A DNA stretch of 64,000 nt from Campylobacterales bacterium. Its GTDB lineage: Bacteria; Campylobacterota; Campylobacteria; Campylobacterales; UBA6016. The notes below the pieces were generated by a model. It saw only the letters and a program-made list of their open reading frames with translations, was not told where the DNA came from and did no database searches. The stretch is taken from positions 296 to 64,295 of the forward strand of contig JBFWKW010000007.1 of NCBI GenBank assembly GCA_050252455.1, read 5' to 3'. A program made the translations under genes and the position numbers. The first letter of the stretch is position 1. Every line of letters starts with the position of its first letter. Positions 49,712 through 59,258 of this stretch are shown one piece after another.

Positions 49712-51004
49712 ATGAAAAGATACGGCTTTTCCAAAGTACTAAAGGCAACCAGTTGTCTGCTCGGTAAGATAAAGCCGTTTTGCGAAGTAGATGAGCTAAC
49801 TGGAGTTTTGAATCTAAGGGCGCTAAGGTCTGATTTGGAGGATGGCGGCAATTATGCGATGGCCTTGGCAAATATTGACGGCTTCTCTACCGTTAATAAT
49901 GCTTACGGGATAGATGCCGGCGATACCTTACTGAGAGGTTTTTGTAACGTACTAAAAAAGAACATACCTATGGGGGCTATTATCTATCGTTGCTACGGCG
50001 ATGAGTTTGCGATACTTTTCCCATCCTGCGATGCCGATACCGCAGAGAAGTTTGCCGAACAATTGGACGGGTATTTATCATTTTCCAGCATTGATATAGG
50101 CGGGGTTGATTTAAAAATAGCAGTTACCGTTGGAATATCGGCGGGTAGCGGGGATAATCTCTTAAAGCATGCGTCAATAGCCTTGATGGAGGCTAGATTA
50201 TCAAAGAAAAACCATGTTGCGTACGATAGCGGCAATGAACTTGAAAAAAAGATACAAAAAATATTCTACTGGCAAACAAAACTAAAAGAGGCTTTGACGG
50301 ACGGGCATCTGACACCTTTTTATCAACCTCTGCTAAATAACAATACCGGAAAAATAGATAAATTTGAGTCGCTTATTAGATTGCGGCACGAAGGAAACAT
50401 AGTGTTGCCGATAGATTTTTTGGATGCTGCCAGAGAGGGCGGCATGCTAAGTTCTGTGACAAAAATAATGATATCCGAATCGTTTAGAGAGTTTTCAAAA
50501 AATAACTATGCGTTTTCCGTAAATATTACGGAGCAAGACCTTTTGGATAAAAACTTTATCAACTTTTTGGAGAAAAAATTAGCGTCCAATAACATAGAGC
50601 CGCACAGAGTTTATTTTGAGCTTTTGGAGGGCATCAGTACCGATGTCGCGAATAACTCTCTTGAAACACTAAAAGATATAAAGAGGATGGGCTGCAAGCT
50701 GTCCGTTGATGACTTTGGCACCGAACACTCAAATTTTAGAAGGTTGCTAGAGCTAGAGGTTGATTTGATCAAAATTGACGGCAGCTTCATAAAAAATCTG
50801 GACAAATGCGAGACAAGCCAAAAGATAGTTCGTAGCATAATCAGTTTTGCAAAAAGTATCGGCGGGATGACGGCTGCCGAATTTGTGCATTCAAAAGAAA
50901 TTCAAAGTATTATTAAGGATATGGGGATAGACTATTCACAGGGATATTACATAGGAATTCCAAATCCGAAACCTGAAATAATACATGATGAGGCGTTTGA
51001 TTAA
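49712..51004 (+). CDS. GGDEF (YGDEF) - EAL protein without receiver
   Basis: ATG 49712 is 1 nt after the upstream TAG. The GGDEF domain begins DELTGVLNLRAL and the motif reads CYGDEF. The EAL domain has ELLEG, DDFGTEHSNF, KIDGSFI and QGYYIGIP. Confidence 0.85.
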   Translation: MKRYGFSKVLKATSCLLGKIKPFCEVDELTGVLNLRALRSDLEDGGNYAMALANIDGFSTVNNAYGIDAGDTLLRGFCNVLKKNIPMGAIIYRCYGDEFAILFPSCDADTAEKFAEQLDGYLSFSSIDIGGVDLKIAVTVGISAGSGDNLLKHASIALMEARLSKKNHVAYDSGNELEKKIQKIFYWQTKLKEALTDGHLTPFYQPLLNNNTGKIDKFESLIRLRHEGNIVLPIDFLDAAREGGMLSSVTKIMISESFREFSKNNYAFSVNITEQDLLDKNFINFLEKKLASNNIEPHRVYFELLEGISTDVANNSLETLKDIKRMGCKLSVDDFGTEHSNFRRLLELEVDLIKIDGSFIKNLDKCETSQKIVRSIISFAKSIGGMTAAEFVHSKEIQSIIKDMGIDYSQGYYIGIPNPKPEIIHDEAFD

Positions 51005-51603
51005 TGAGGGCTTTAATAGCAGAAGATAGCCAAATTATGCGAAAGATAGTGAAGACTAATCTTCAAAAACTATCTGTTAACAGAATATACGAGTCGGTTG
51101 ACGGCAATGCTGCGTTTGCTACGCTAAATGCAAATGCAGATATTGATTTGTTATTTACGGATCTTAATATGCCAAACCTCAACGGTCTTGAGTTTTGCAA
51201 AAAGATAAAACAATCCGGCGATAAGTTCAAAAACCTGAGAATAATAGTAATCTCGGAGCATTTGAGCGATACCGTAAGGGAGTCTTTTTTGACGCTCGGT
51301 ATATCGCATTTTGTTCCAAAACCGTTTGATTTGAAAGCATTTAACGATGTCGTAATTCCTCTTATAGAAGATATAAAAAACGGTGTTTTACCAAAAGACG
51401 GCGTAGATATGAGTAAGGATGAGTTCGTCAAAAAAATAAAAGAAGAACAGCCTCTCGTCTCCATAAACGAAGAAGAGCTGACGATTAACTTCAATAAAAT
51501 GAGCGTAAGGGTTTCGCTTGACAAGCTTTTGGAAGCCGGAAAAATAAAATCTGACGATAGTGATGAAAGCGGTAAATATGTCGAGCTCAAAGATAAGCAA
51601 TAA
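51004..51603 (+). CDS. Single-domain response regulator with ~75-aa C-terminal extension of unknown function
   Basis: The receiver has IAEDS, LFTDLNMP, VISEH and VPKP. The start ATG overlaps the upstream TAA (TAATG). Confidence 0.85.
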   Translation: MRALIAEDSQIMRKIVKTNLQKLSVNRIYESVDGNAAFATLNANADIDLLFTDLNMPNLNGLEFCKKIKQSGDKFKNLRIIVISEHLSDTVRESFLTLGISHFVPKPFDLKAFNDVVIPLIEDIKNGVLPKDGVDMSKDEFVKKIKEEQPLVSINEEELTINFNKMSVRVSLDKLLEAGKIKSDDSDESGKYVELKDKQ

Positions 51604-53512
51604 TATAGACTTTAGCATTCTAATAGTAGATGATAGCCCTTTTATCGTCGAGGTCTTAAAGACTTTTTTAAATCGATTTTCCCCAAACATTATTGAGGCC
51701 GAAAACGGCAAGCTTGGGCTAGACCTTTACAGGCTACATAAGCCTGACTTTATAGTTTCCGACGTTGTTATGCCGATTATGAACGGCCTTGAGATGAGCA
51801 GGGAGATAAAGGCTATCAACAAAGACGCCTTTATAGTCCTAACTACCGCCGTAGAAGATAAAGACAATCTTGCGGAAGCAATCGAAATAGCTATTGATAA
51901 GTATTTGCCAAAGCCCATAGATTTAAGACGATTAGAGCAGATTTTGCTTGAATTTATGGAGCATCTAAGCGCCAAAAAAGCGTTGGAGGATAACAGGCAC
52001 CTCCTTGAGGAGTATAGAAAAGCGCTGGATTCGGCAGCTATTTTTACTGTGACCGATACAAATGGAATTATCAAATACGTAAACGACGAATTTGTCCACA
52101 CAACCGGCTACAGCAAAGAAGAGGCTGTCGGAAATTCCCATAATATAGTCAGACACCCTGAGACTCCAAAAGGCGTATTCAAAGCTTTGTGGGAGAGCAT
52201 ATCCGGCAAAAAGATATGGAAAAGCGTTCTGGAGAATAGAGCCAAAAACGGAGAGAGTTTTTTTGTCGATAATACTATAGTTCCGATACTCGGTACGGAT
52301 GGCGAAATCATAGAGTATATCGGCATATCATATGACATTACCGGCATAAGGGAGATGAACGAGAGAAATCTGCAATCTATCTTTAATGCCGATGAGTCGC
52401 TTATTATAGTGACCGATGATAGATTTGAGATAAAAATAGTTAATAAGTCTATGCTAAAGGTGCTTGGTGCGGAGAGCATCGCCGATTTTTATAAAGACAA
52501 CGAAGCGATTTATGATAGATTTTTGCCGAGGGACGGTTTTTTGAGCAAAGATGATTTGGTCGGCACTGGGCGAAAGGATAGATACAGAAGATTTAAAAAG
52601 GTATTGACGGAGGGTGATAAAAGACAACGTAAGGTGGCGATGTGTACGCCTGACGGCGAAGAGAGATATTACGCCGTAAGAGTCAGTACCGTTAGCGATA
52701 AAATGGTTGTCAACAAGCACTACAATATTTTTAGCTTCGTCGATATAACGGAGCTTGAGCTGATGAGACAGCAGCAGATAAACAATATCAAGCTAAGTTC
52801 GATAGGTAAGCTCGCGGCAGGGATAACGCACGAAATAAATACCCCGCTTACGTATATCAAGGGCAACTTGGAAATATTAAAAATGGATATAGCCAACGAT
52901 TGCGCATGTGGTTTGAAGCATGATTATTTGGCGGCTTGCGAGGCTATGGAAGACGGCATAAAGCGTATGGCGGCGATTGTAGAGTCGATGCGAGAAATAG
53001 CGGGCGTAAGCAGAACTGAAAAAACGGAAGTAAACGTATACACAACCATTATCTACTCGCTCCGTATGGTTTACAACAAAGCAAAACAGATATGCAATAT
53101 AACGGTAAACGGCAAGCCGTTTGATATGTCTCTCGACAAGGATGCAGAAAATATTTCTATGGTGGCTACGCCGCAGAGACTTGAGCAAATTTGGATTATT
53201 ATTTTGAATAATGCGCTAGATGAGTATATTAAGTCCAAACTCCCGTTTGAACAGCGTTTCATAGATATTCAAGTTTCAAAAAAATTGGATATAATCAAGA
53301 TTATTATAAAAGATAATGCCGGCGGTATAGAAGCCACTATGCTGCCACATATATTCGATATATTCAAAAGCTCAAAACCGCAGAGCGGAATGGGCGTCGG
53401 ATTGAATATAGCAAAGTCTATCATAGAAGATCACGGCGGCGAAATAACTGCTCGCAATGAAGATGGCGGGGCGGTGTTTGAAATAGTCTTTAAAGAAAGA
53501 AGGGAGTCTTAA
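51578..53512 (+). CDS. Hybrid sensor histidine kinase: REC - Aer-like PAS - PAS - HisKA - HATPase_c
   Basis: It has an N-terminal receiver ([22 protein letters not shown]), a PAS with [17 protein letters not shown], the H-box [16 protein letters not shown]-box [11 protein letters not shown]1 KDNAGGI and G2 [18 protein letters not shown]. The start is 51578 or 51560. Confidence 0.9.
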   Translation: MSSSKISNNIDFSILIVDDSPFIVEVLKTFLNRFSPNIIEAENGKLGLDLYRLHKPDFIVSDVVMPIMNGLEMSREIKAINKDAFIVLTTAVEDKDNLAEAIEIAIDKYLPKPIDLRRLEQILLEFMEHLSAKKALEDNRHLLEEYRKALDSAAIFTVTDTNGIIKYVNDEFVHTTGYSKEEAVGNSHNIVRHPETPKGVFKALWESISGKKIWKSVLENRAKNGESFFVDNTIVPILGTDGEIIEYIGISYDITGIREMNERNLQSIFNADESLIIVTDDRFEIKIVNKSMLKVLGAESIADFYKDNEAIYDRFLPRDGFLSKDDLVGTGRKDRYRRFKKVLTEGDKRQRKVAMCTPDGEERYYAVRVSTVSDKMVVNKHYNIFSFVDITELELMRQQQINNIKLSSIGKLAAGITHEINTPLTYIKGNLEILKMDIANDCACGLKHDYLAACEAMEDGIKRMAAIVESMREIAGVSRTEKTEVNVYTTIIYSLRMVYNKAKQICNITVNGKPFDMSLDKDAENISMVATPQRLEQIWIIILNNALDEYIKSKLPFEQRFIDIQVSKKLDIIKIIIKDNAGGIEATMLPHIFDIFKSSKPQSGMGVGLNIAKSIIEDHGGEITARNEDGGAVFEIVFKERRES

Positions 53513-54825
53513 TGTTTTTTTCGTCAAAAAACGATTGTTTGAAATATGAAGAGGAGATAAAAGCTCTAAAAGAAGAGCTTGAATACTACAAAGAGCTTGC
53601 GGGATTTACCGTAGACGAAGGTGTTTTTGTTATAGATGAAAACGCAAATATAATGTTCAAAAATGAAAATTGCCCGGAGTTTCCGAATAAAATCGCTAAG
53701 TTTAAAGCCGAGTTGTTCTCCGGAGTAAAGAAAATAGAAGACGAGACCTGCGAAGCCGATGTCAGAACAAAAAGTCTTCCGGGCGGAAAGCTACTTGTTG
53801 CTCTATCTCGCAGAGACAATGACCTAAAAAATGACGACGAACTAATTTCTATGCACCAAACAAGCATAAAAAATGCCCTTTCAAATACGCAAAAAGCGTT
53901 TGCGGATATGCTTACCAAATTTGACTTGATGATAGCACAGTCCAAGGATACCGCCGAAAGCTCAACGGACGGCATGGATATACTAAATAATATTGTAAAC
54001 AGCATGGATAAACTATTTACGCTGATGAGCGAAGCAAATTCTATGATGAATTCTCTAGTTGATAGAAGCAATGAGATTTCTAGTGTTATTATGCTCATCA
54101 AAGATATAGCGGAGCAGACAAACCTTCTGGCACTAAACGCCGCGATAGAGGCTGCGAGAGCCGGAGAGCAAGGAAGAGGTTTTGCGGTTGTTGCAAGTGA
54201 AGTCGGCAAATTGGCAGAGAAGACGCAAAAAGCGACAAAAGAGATAGCAATAGTTGTTCAAACTATGCAGCAAGAGATAAGCGATACGCAAAGAGGCACG
54301 GAAGAGATAGGCGAAATAGTCGGCGTAACCAAGGGGCATGTAGATAGCTTCTCCGAAAAACTTGATATGTTCCAAAAGAATGCGGCAAGAGCAGTGTTCG
54401 AAACACTCGATATCTCAAACCAAGTGTTTGTAAACCTTGCAAAAATAGACCACGTGATATACAAAAACAATCTATACGCTTACTTATTCGGTCAAAATAC
54501 CGAGTTTAACAAAGTTGACCACCACAACTGTCGTCTCGGCAAATGGTACGAAGGCGGCGTCGGTAAAAAACAATTCGGTGAAATGCCAAGCTATGCAAAA
54601 CTAGACAAACCTCACTCTATCGTGCATACTTATGCGAATGAGCTTGCCCAAAAATGTGGAGGCGGACACACAATCGCTTGTAGCAAAAAAGAGGTTGAGG
54701 AAAAAGTGCATGCTATAGAAAACGCAAGTATGGATGTAGGCGCCGCACTAGACCAAATTGTCACAGAGAAGACACAGCAATTAATGAAAATGGCAATAAA
54801 AGATCTTTTTAACGAGGGTAAATAA
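53512..54825 (+). CDS. Soluble chemoreceptor (MCP signalling domain + C-terminal CZB zinc-binding domain), TlpD-like
   Basis: It has no TM. The MCP hairpin tip reads [40 protein letters not shown]. The CZB motif is H314-x2-Y-x22-C340-R-L-G-K-W-x22-H368-x3-H372. The start ATG overlaps the kinase TAA. Confidence 0.9.
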   Translation: MFFSSKNDCLKYEEEIKALKEELEYYKELAGFTVDEGVFVIDENANIMFKNENCPEFPNKIAKFKAELFSGVKKIEDETCEADVRTKSLPGGKLLVALSRRDNDLKNDDELISMHQTSIKNALSNTQKAFADMLTKFDLMIAQSKDTAESSTDGMDILNNIVNSMDKLFTLMSEANSMMNSLVDRSNEISSVIMLIKDIAEQTNLLALNAAIEAARAGEQGRGFAVVASEVGKLAEKTQKATKEIAIVVQTMQQEISDTQRGTEEIGEIVGVTKGHVDSFSEKLDMFQKNAARAVFETLDISNQVFVNLAKIDHVIYKNNLYAYLFGQNTEFNKVDHHNCRLGKWYEGGVGKKQFGEMPSYAKLDKPHSIVHTYANELAQKCGGGHTIACSKKEVEEKVHAIENASMDVGAALDQIVTEKTQQLMKMAIKDLFNEGK

Positions 54826-55203
54826 ATGATAAAGCTAATGATAGTAGACGATGAATCTCAAATTACCGCAATGCTTGAGAAGTGGTTTTCAAAAAATAAA
54901 GAGTTTTCGGTTAGCACATTCAATAATCCGGAAATAGCTCTTACGAGCTTTAATACGGTAAAGCCAGACGTAGTTCTTCTGGATATCATGATGCCGCAAA
55001 TGGACGGAATAGTTGCCCTTGAAAAAATAAAAAATATGGATCCGGCTACCGTTGTTGTGATGATGACCGCATATTCTACGCTTGATAGAGTACTTTCAAG
55101 TCATAGACAAGGGGCCGAAAGCTATATACTAAAACCGTTTGAAAGTCTTTCCGACGTTGAGGAAAAAGTAAGAGCGGCTTATTCCAAAAGGGTGGAAAAA
55201 TAA
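54826..55203 (+). CDS. Single-domain response regulator (CheY-like)
   Basis: IVDDES, VLLDIMMPQMDG, MMTAY and ILKPF are present. The ATG abuts the upstream TAA. Confidence 0.9.
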   Translation: MIKLMIVDDESQITAMLEKWFSKNKEFSVSTFNNPEIALTSFNTVKPDVVLLDIMMPQMDGIVALEKIKNMDPATVVVMMTAYSTLDRVLSSHRQGAESYILKPFESLSDVEEKVRAAYSKRVEK

Positions 55204-55244
55204 TTATCTCCCGTCATCTTCTAATCTTTCTATCTGCCGCCGCT

Positions 55245-55682
55245 TTGTTTTGCGGCTGCGCAGACAATCAACCAAAAGTTTCACAAAGTGTTTTTGTCTC
55301 AATCGTCTCAAAAAATATCAAATTTTCGGATATGGGATTTTTCAACGAATACGAGAGCAAAAAAAGTCTCGATGTTTACGCTCTGGGCACTCCCGTATTT
55401 AAGATAGATTTTGACGACATGGTATGCTTGGGTTCCGGCTGTATGGGCAAAGAAGAGTTTGTTAAAAGCTATATGTCGGAGGCTTTGTATCCTGACGCTA
55501 TGAATGATATTCTAAGCCAAAAACCGCTAAAAATAGGGTCAAAAATAACCACCTATGACGGCGGCTTCACACAAGAGGCGATAGATTCCGGCTACGACAT
55601 AACATATAAAGTTGACAAAAAAGAGATATATTTTTTTGAGCGCATAGGTGGGTTCAAATTTCACTTGAGGTTCTTGGATTGA
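55245..55682 (+). CDS. Putative lipoprotein, unknown function (true start probably ATT 55203)
   Basis: The ORF-track TTG start yields MFCGCADNQ with no signal peptide. The in-frame upstream codons read [19 protein letters not shown], a complete lipoprotein-type leader. Confidence 0.5.
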   Translation: MFCGCADNQPKVSQSVFVSIVSKNIKFSDMGFFNEYESKKSLDVYALGTPVFKIDFDDMVCLGSGCMGKEEFVKSYMSEALYPDAMNDILSQKPLKIGSKITTYDGGFTQEAIDSGYDITYKVDKKEIYFFERIGGFKFHLRFLD

Positions 55683-56533
55683 AATCAAAAAAACTTGTCG
55701 GGGCGCATGTAAGCGCATCGGGCGGCATTTTTAACGCACCGCTTAACGCCAAAGCTATAGGGGCAAATGCTTTTGCTCTGTTTTTAAAAAATCAAAAACA
55801 GTGGAATGCAAAAGACTACGACGATAAAACAATAGATGCCTTTCGAGCAAATATGAAAGAGTGCGGCTTTGAGCCAAGCGCAGTGTTGGCGCACGATGGA
55901 TATTTGATTAATCTCGGTTCGCCGGAGGATGAGGCCAGGGAAAAATCAAAAGCTGCATTTTTGGATGAAGCTAGACGTGCCGAGGAGCTTGGGCTTTTGC
56001 TGCTAAACTTTCACCCAGGAAGTCACCTTAGAAAAATATCCGAAGAAGAGTGTCTGAAACTCATAGCGGAAGCAATGAACGAAACCATAAGCAAAACAAA
56101 AACAGTTAAGCTTGTGATTGAGAATACGGCCGGGCAGGGGAGCAATATGGGATATCGCTTTGAGCATTTAGCTCGTCTGATTGAATTGACTGAAGACAAG
56201 AGCAGAGTCGGCGTTTGTCTTGATACCTGCCATACTTTTGCATCTGGATATGACCTTAGAGGCAAGGAGGCGCTAGATGCTACGTTTGCCGATTTTGATA
56301 ATACGGTCGGCTTCTCTTATCTTCTAGGGATGCACCTTAATGACTCAAAAGGCGGGCTTGGCTCCAAACTAGATAGACATGATAGTCTCGGGCTCGGTAC
56401 TATAGGGCTTGGTTGTTTTGAGTATATTATGAAAGACGCTAGATTTGATAATATTCCGCTGATACTTGAGACGCCAAACGACGCTATTTGGGCCGATGAG
56501 ATAAAAATGCTTAGAGCTTACGAGGAAAACTAA
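55679..56533 (+). CDS. nfo: Endonuclease IV
   Basis: Metal-site motifs [32 protein letters not shown] and HLNDSK are present. The TTG start overlaps the upstream TGA. Confidence 0.9.
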   Translation: MKSKKLVGAHVSASGGIFNAPLNAKAIGANAFALFLKNQKQWNAKDYDDKTIDAFRANMKECGFEPSAVLAHDGYLINLGSPEDEAREKSKAAFLDEARRAEELGLLLLNFHPGSHLRKISEEECLKLIAEAMNETISKTKTVKLVIENTAGQGSNMGYRFEHLARLIELTEDKSRVGVCLDTCHTFASGYDLRGKEALDATFADFDNTVGFSYLLGMHLNDSKGGLGSKLDRHDSLGLGTIGLGCFEYIMKDARFDNIPLILETPNDAIWADEIKMLRAYEEN

Positions 56534-56534
56534 T

Positions 56535-57104
56535 ATGATTTTGATGATAGACAATTACGACAGCTTCACATACAACGTCGTGCAATACTTTAAAGAGCTA
56601 GGTGCCGACCTCAAGGTGATACGAAACGATGAAATGACGGTTGAGGAGATAGAGGCTTTAAATCCTGAAAAAATAATCATCTCCCCGGGGCCGTCAACAC
56701 CGAATGAAGCGGGTGTGAGCCTGGAGGTCATCAAGAGACTAGGGCACAAAATACCGATTTTGGGTATATGCCTAGGTCATCAGGCGATAGGACAAGCCTT
56801 TGGCGGCACGGTAGAGAGAGCGCCAAATATGATGCACGGCAAAACATCTAAGATGAAAATTTGTAAAGATTCACCAATATTCAAAGATATTCCAGGGGAG
56901 TTTACGGCAACTCGTTACCACTCTCTTATCGTAAACAAAGATAGCGTCCCATCTTGCATTATTCCGACGGCGTTTAGCGCCGATGACGGCGAGATAATGG
57001 CGCTAGAGGTCGAGGGCAAGCCAATCTATGGCGTACAATTCCATCCGGAATCAATCTTATCCGAGTATGGACACAAGATATTCGATAACTTTCTAAAACT
57101 TTAA
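56535..57104 (+). CDS. Anthranilate/aminodeoxychorismate synthase component II (class I glutamine amidotransferase, TrpG/PabA)
   Basis: The catalytic triad context GICLGHQ and VQFHPES is present. 189 aa. Confidence 0.9.
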   Translation: MILMIDNYDSFTYNVVQYFKELGADLKVIRNDEMTVEEIEALNPEKIIISPGPSTPNEAGVSLEVIKRLGHKIPILGICLGHQAIGQAFGGTVERAPNMMHGKTSKMKICKDSPIFKDIPGEFTATRYHSLIVNKDSVPSCIIPTAFSADDGEIMALEVEGKPIYGVQFHPESILSEYGHKIFDNFLKL

Positions 57105-57187
57105 ACACCCCCTTAAAGCTGCTTTGAGCTTTTTTGTGGTTAAATATTATTTTACTTTTTAATATTTAACCCAAAAGGGCGGCACAT

Positions 57188-59218
57188 ATGCTTTCAGACA
57201 TAAATAACATATCCATCAAATATAAAATTTCAATAGCAGTTGCGGTTTTGGTGCTGTTTGGCTCCTTTTTTACCGGACTGTTTATATCTACCAAATTGTC
57301 TTCGATAGCCGAACAAGAAGCGGTTGAAATACTCCAGCGAGAATTATCTTTTATGAAGCAGGCAGTCAGTATGTATGACAAAAATGCCAAATCGCAGGTA
57401 GATAGAATGTTCGGCATGTTTCTTCACTCTCTTCCAAAAGATGCCGCCAAAAAAGACAACGGCTCAGATATTCCTACAATAACACTCGGCGGCGTTGTCG
57501 CAAACTCAAATTATGCTCTCGTCGATAAGTTTGCAGAGCATGCCAAGGGTAGCGTTAGTACGATTTTTGTAAAACATAACGATGATTTTATTAGGGTGAC
57601 CACTAGCCTAAAAAAAGAGGACGGCAGCAGGGCGGTCGGCACAATGCTGGATAGAAAACATCCTGCCTATAAGATGCTTATGGGTAAACAAGAATATATA
57701 GGTTCCGCAAAGCTTTTCAAAAAAGACTATATGACCAAATATGCACCCATTGTATCGGCAACCGGAGATGTTATAGGTGCTGTATTTCTGGGGATTGAAG
57801 TGACCGACGAGCTTGCGAATCTAAAAAACCTCCTCAAGTCGCTTAGGTTTGGCAAAACCGGCTATGCATATGTTGTAAATTCTGCCGACGGCGAAAAAAA
57901 AGGTGAGTTTATCGTTCACCCAACAAAAGAAGGAAGCAATCTAATAAATGACAAAGATGCAAACGGAAAAGAATATATAAAAGAAATAGTTACCAAAAAA
58001 GACGGAGTTTCATATTATTCTTTGGCCGATGTCGGAAGTGGCGGCTCGGATGTGAAGACTCAAGTGGTCGCTTATGCTCAATATAGTGACTGGAATTGGA
58101 TAATAGTCGCTAGAGCGTCGATGGAAGAGATTACCGCACAAGTCAAGACTACTAGAAATACATTGATTGTGATTAATATACTAATTGCCTTCATTGTCGC
58201 CTTTATCAGCTTCCTGATTGTCTCCAAGGTTGTTGCGCCTCTTTTTGGCTTCAGCAAGACGCTTCAAGAAAGTGTGTCCGATAAAAATTTGAATGCCAAC
58301 TTCAAAGCTCCGTTCAAGGATGAAGTGGGGGTAATGGCTATTGCCCTTAATGAACTTTTTGTATCCATTAAGTCTGCTTTTATCGAAGCAAAGAGGTCTT
58401 CCGGCGAGAACGCCTCGGTTGCATCAGAACTTAGCCACACTTCGCTACAAATAGGCAAAAGAACGGAAGAGGAGACTAGTTCGGTGATAGAGGCCGACAA
58501 AATGTCCCAAAATCTAAGAGCAACGGTTTCGGAAGCCATAGTAAAAACGACTGAGACCAAAGAAGAACTTCAAAAAGCAATGGAAAATATGCGCTCCTCA
58601 AGGCTTGAAATACAAAAAGCTTCTCATAGTATAGAAAATGCGTCGGAACAAGAAGCGGTTTTGGCTAAAAAGTTGAATGAACTTGCAAAGAATGCAGATT
58701 CCGTCAAAGATGTTTTAACCGTAATAAGCGATATAGCCGATCAAACAAATTTGCTTGCACTGAATGCTGCAATAGAGGCGGCAAGGGCAGGGGAACACGG
58801 GAGAGGTTTTGCCGTCGTTGCCGATGAAGTTAGAAAACTTGCCGAAAACACGCAGCACAGCCTTGGGGAAATAAATGCCTCTATAAACGCCATAATAACA
58901 TCAATCAATGAAGCTAGCGGTGAGATGGATAAAAACGCAAAAAATATTCTAGAGTTATCGCATAACTCCAAAAGCGCTGAAGTAAACATTGCCTCAAGTT
59001 TTGAATTGGTCGTAAAGGCTTACGAATCATCGGAAAAAAACACCAAGGACTTTAGTGATGTCGAGAAATTCATATCCGAGCTATCGGCCATAATGCAAAA
59101 AATAGCGGATTTGTCGCTGTCAAACAGCAGGAGTGTCGAAGAGATAGCCTCCGCAAGCACACACCTTGATAAATTAACCCATACATTGGATGCACAGTTA
59201 GCACAGTTTAAAAGTTAA
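57188..59218 (+). CDS. Transmembrane methyl-accepting chemotaxis protein with Cache-type periplasmic sensor
   Basis: It has two TMs flanking a ~290-aa periplasmic domain with Cache-like segments ([30 protein letters not shown]; [22 protein letters not shown]), a HAMP domain and the MCP tip [40 protein letters not shown]. Confidence 0.9.
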   Translation: MLSDINNISIKYKISIAVAVLVLFGSFFTGLFISTKLSSIAEQEAVEILQRELSFMKQAVSMYDKNAKSQVDRMFGMFLHSLPKDAAKKDNGSDIPTITLGGVVANSNYALVDKFAEHAKGSVSTIFVKHNDDFIRVTTSLKKEDGSRAVGTMLDRKHPAYKMLMGKQEYIGSAKLFKKDYMTKYAPIVSATGDVIGAVFLGIEVTDELANLKNLLKSLRFGKTGYAYVVNSADGEKKGEFIVHPTKEGSNLINDKDANGKEYIKEIVTKKDGVSYYSLADVGSGGSDVKTQVVAYAQYSDWNWIIVARASMEEITAQVKTTRNTLIVINILIAFIVAFISFLIVSKVVAPLFGFSKTLQESVSDKNLNANFKAPFKDEVGVMAIALNELFVSIKSAFIEAKRSSGENASVASELSHTSLQIGKRTEEETSSVIEADKMSQNLRATVSEAIVKTTETKEELQKAMENMRSSRLEIQKASHSIENASEQEAVLAKKLNELAKNADSVKDVLTVISDIADQTNLLALNAAIEAARAGEHGRGFAVVADEVRKLAENTQHSLGEINASINAIITSINEASGEMDKNAKNILELSHNSKSAEVNIASSFELVVKAYESSEKNTKDFSDVEKFISELSAIMQKIADLSLSNSRSVEEIASASTHLDKLTHTLDAQLAQFKS

Positions 59219-59258
59219 TCAACCCCGGCATTTAAGCGGCTTTTTGTACAATGATTGC

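Noticed and set aside
53586-54209. 207-aa minus-strand ORF inside the CZB chemoreceptor gene. Similar antisense ORFs occur at 51063-51590, 51727-52101, 52108-52479, 58264-58560 and 9126-9635
   Set aside because: All are antisense to genes with strong domain signatures. Their products are Ser/Leu/Ile/Phe-rich with no motifs. They are expected by chance in A/G-rich coding strands.
46060-55203. Interpreting the cluster as a chemotaxis (che) operon because it contains an MCP and CheY-like receivers
   Set aside because: No CheA, CheW, CheV, CheR, CheB or CheZ homologue is present. The kinase has a HisKA (H-box HEINTPL) core rather than a CheA-type Hpt/P-domain architecture.
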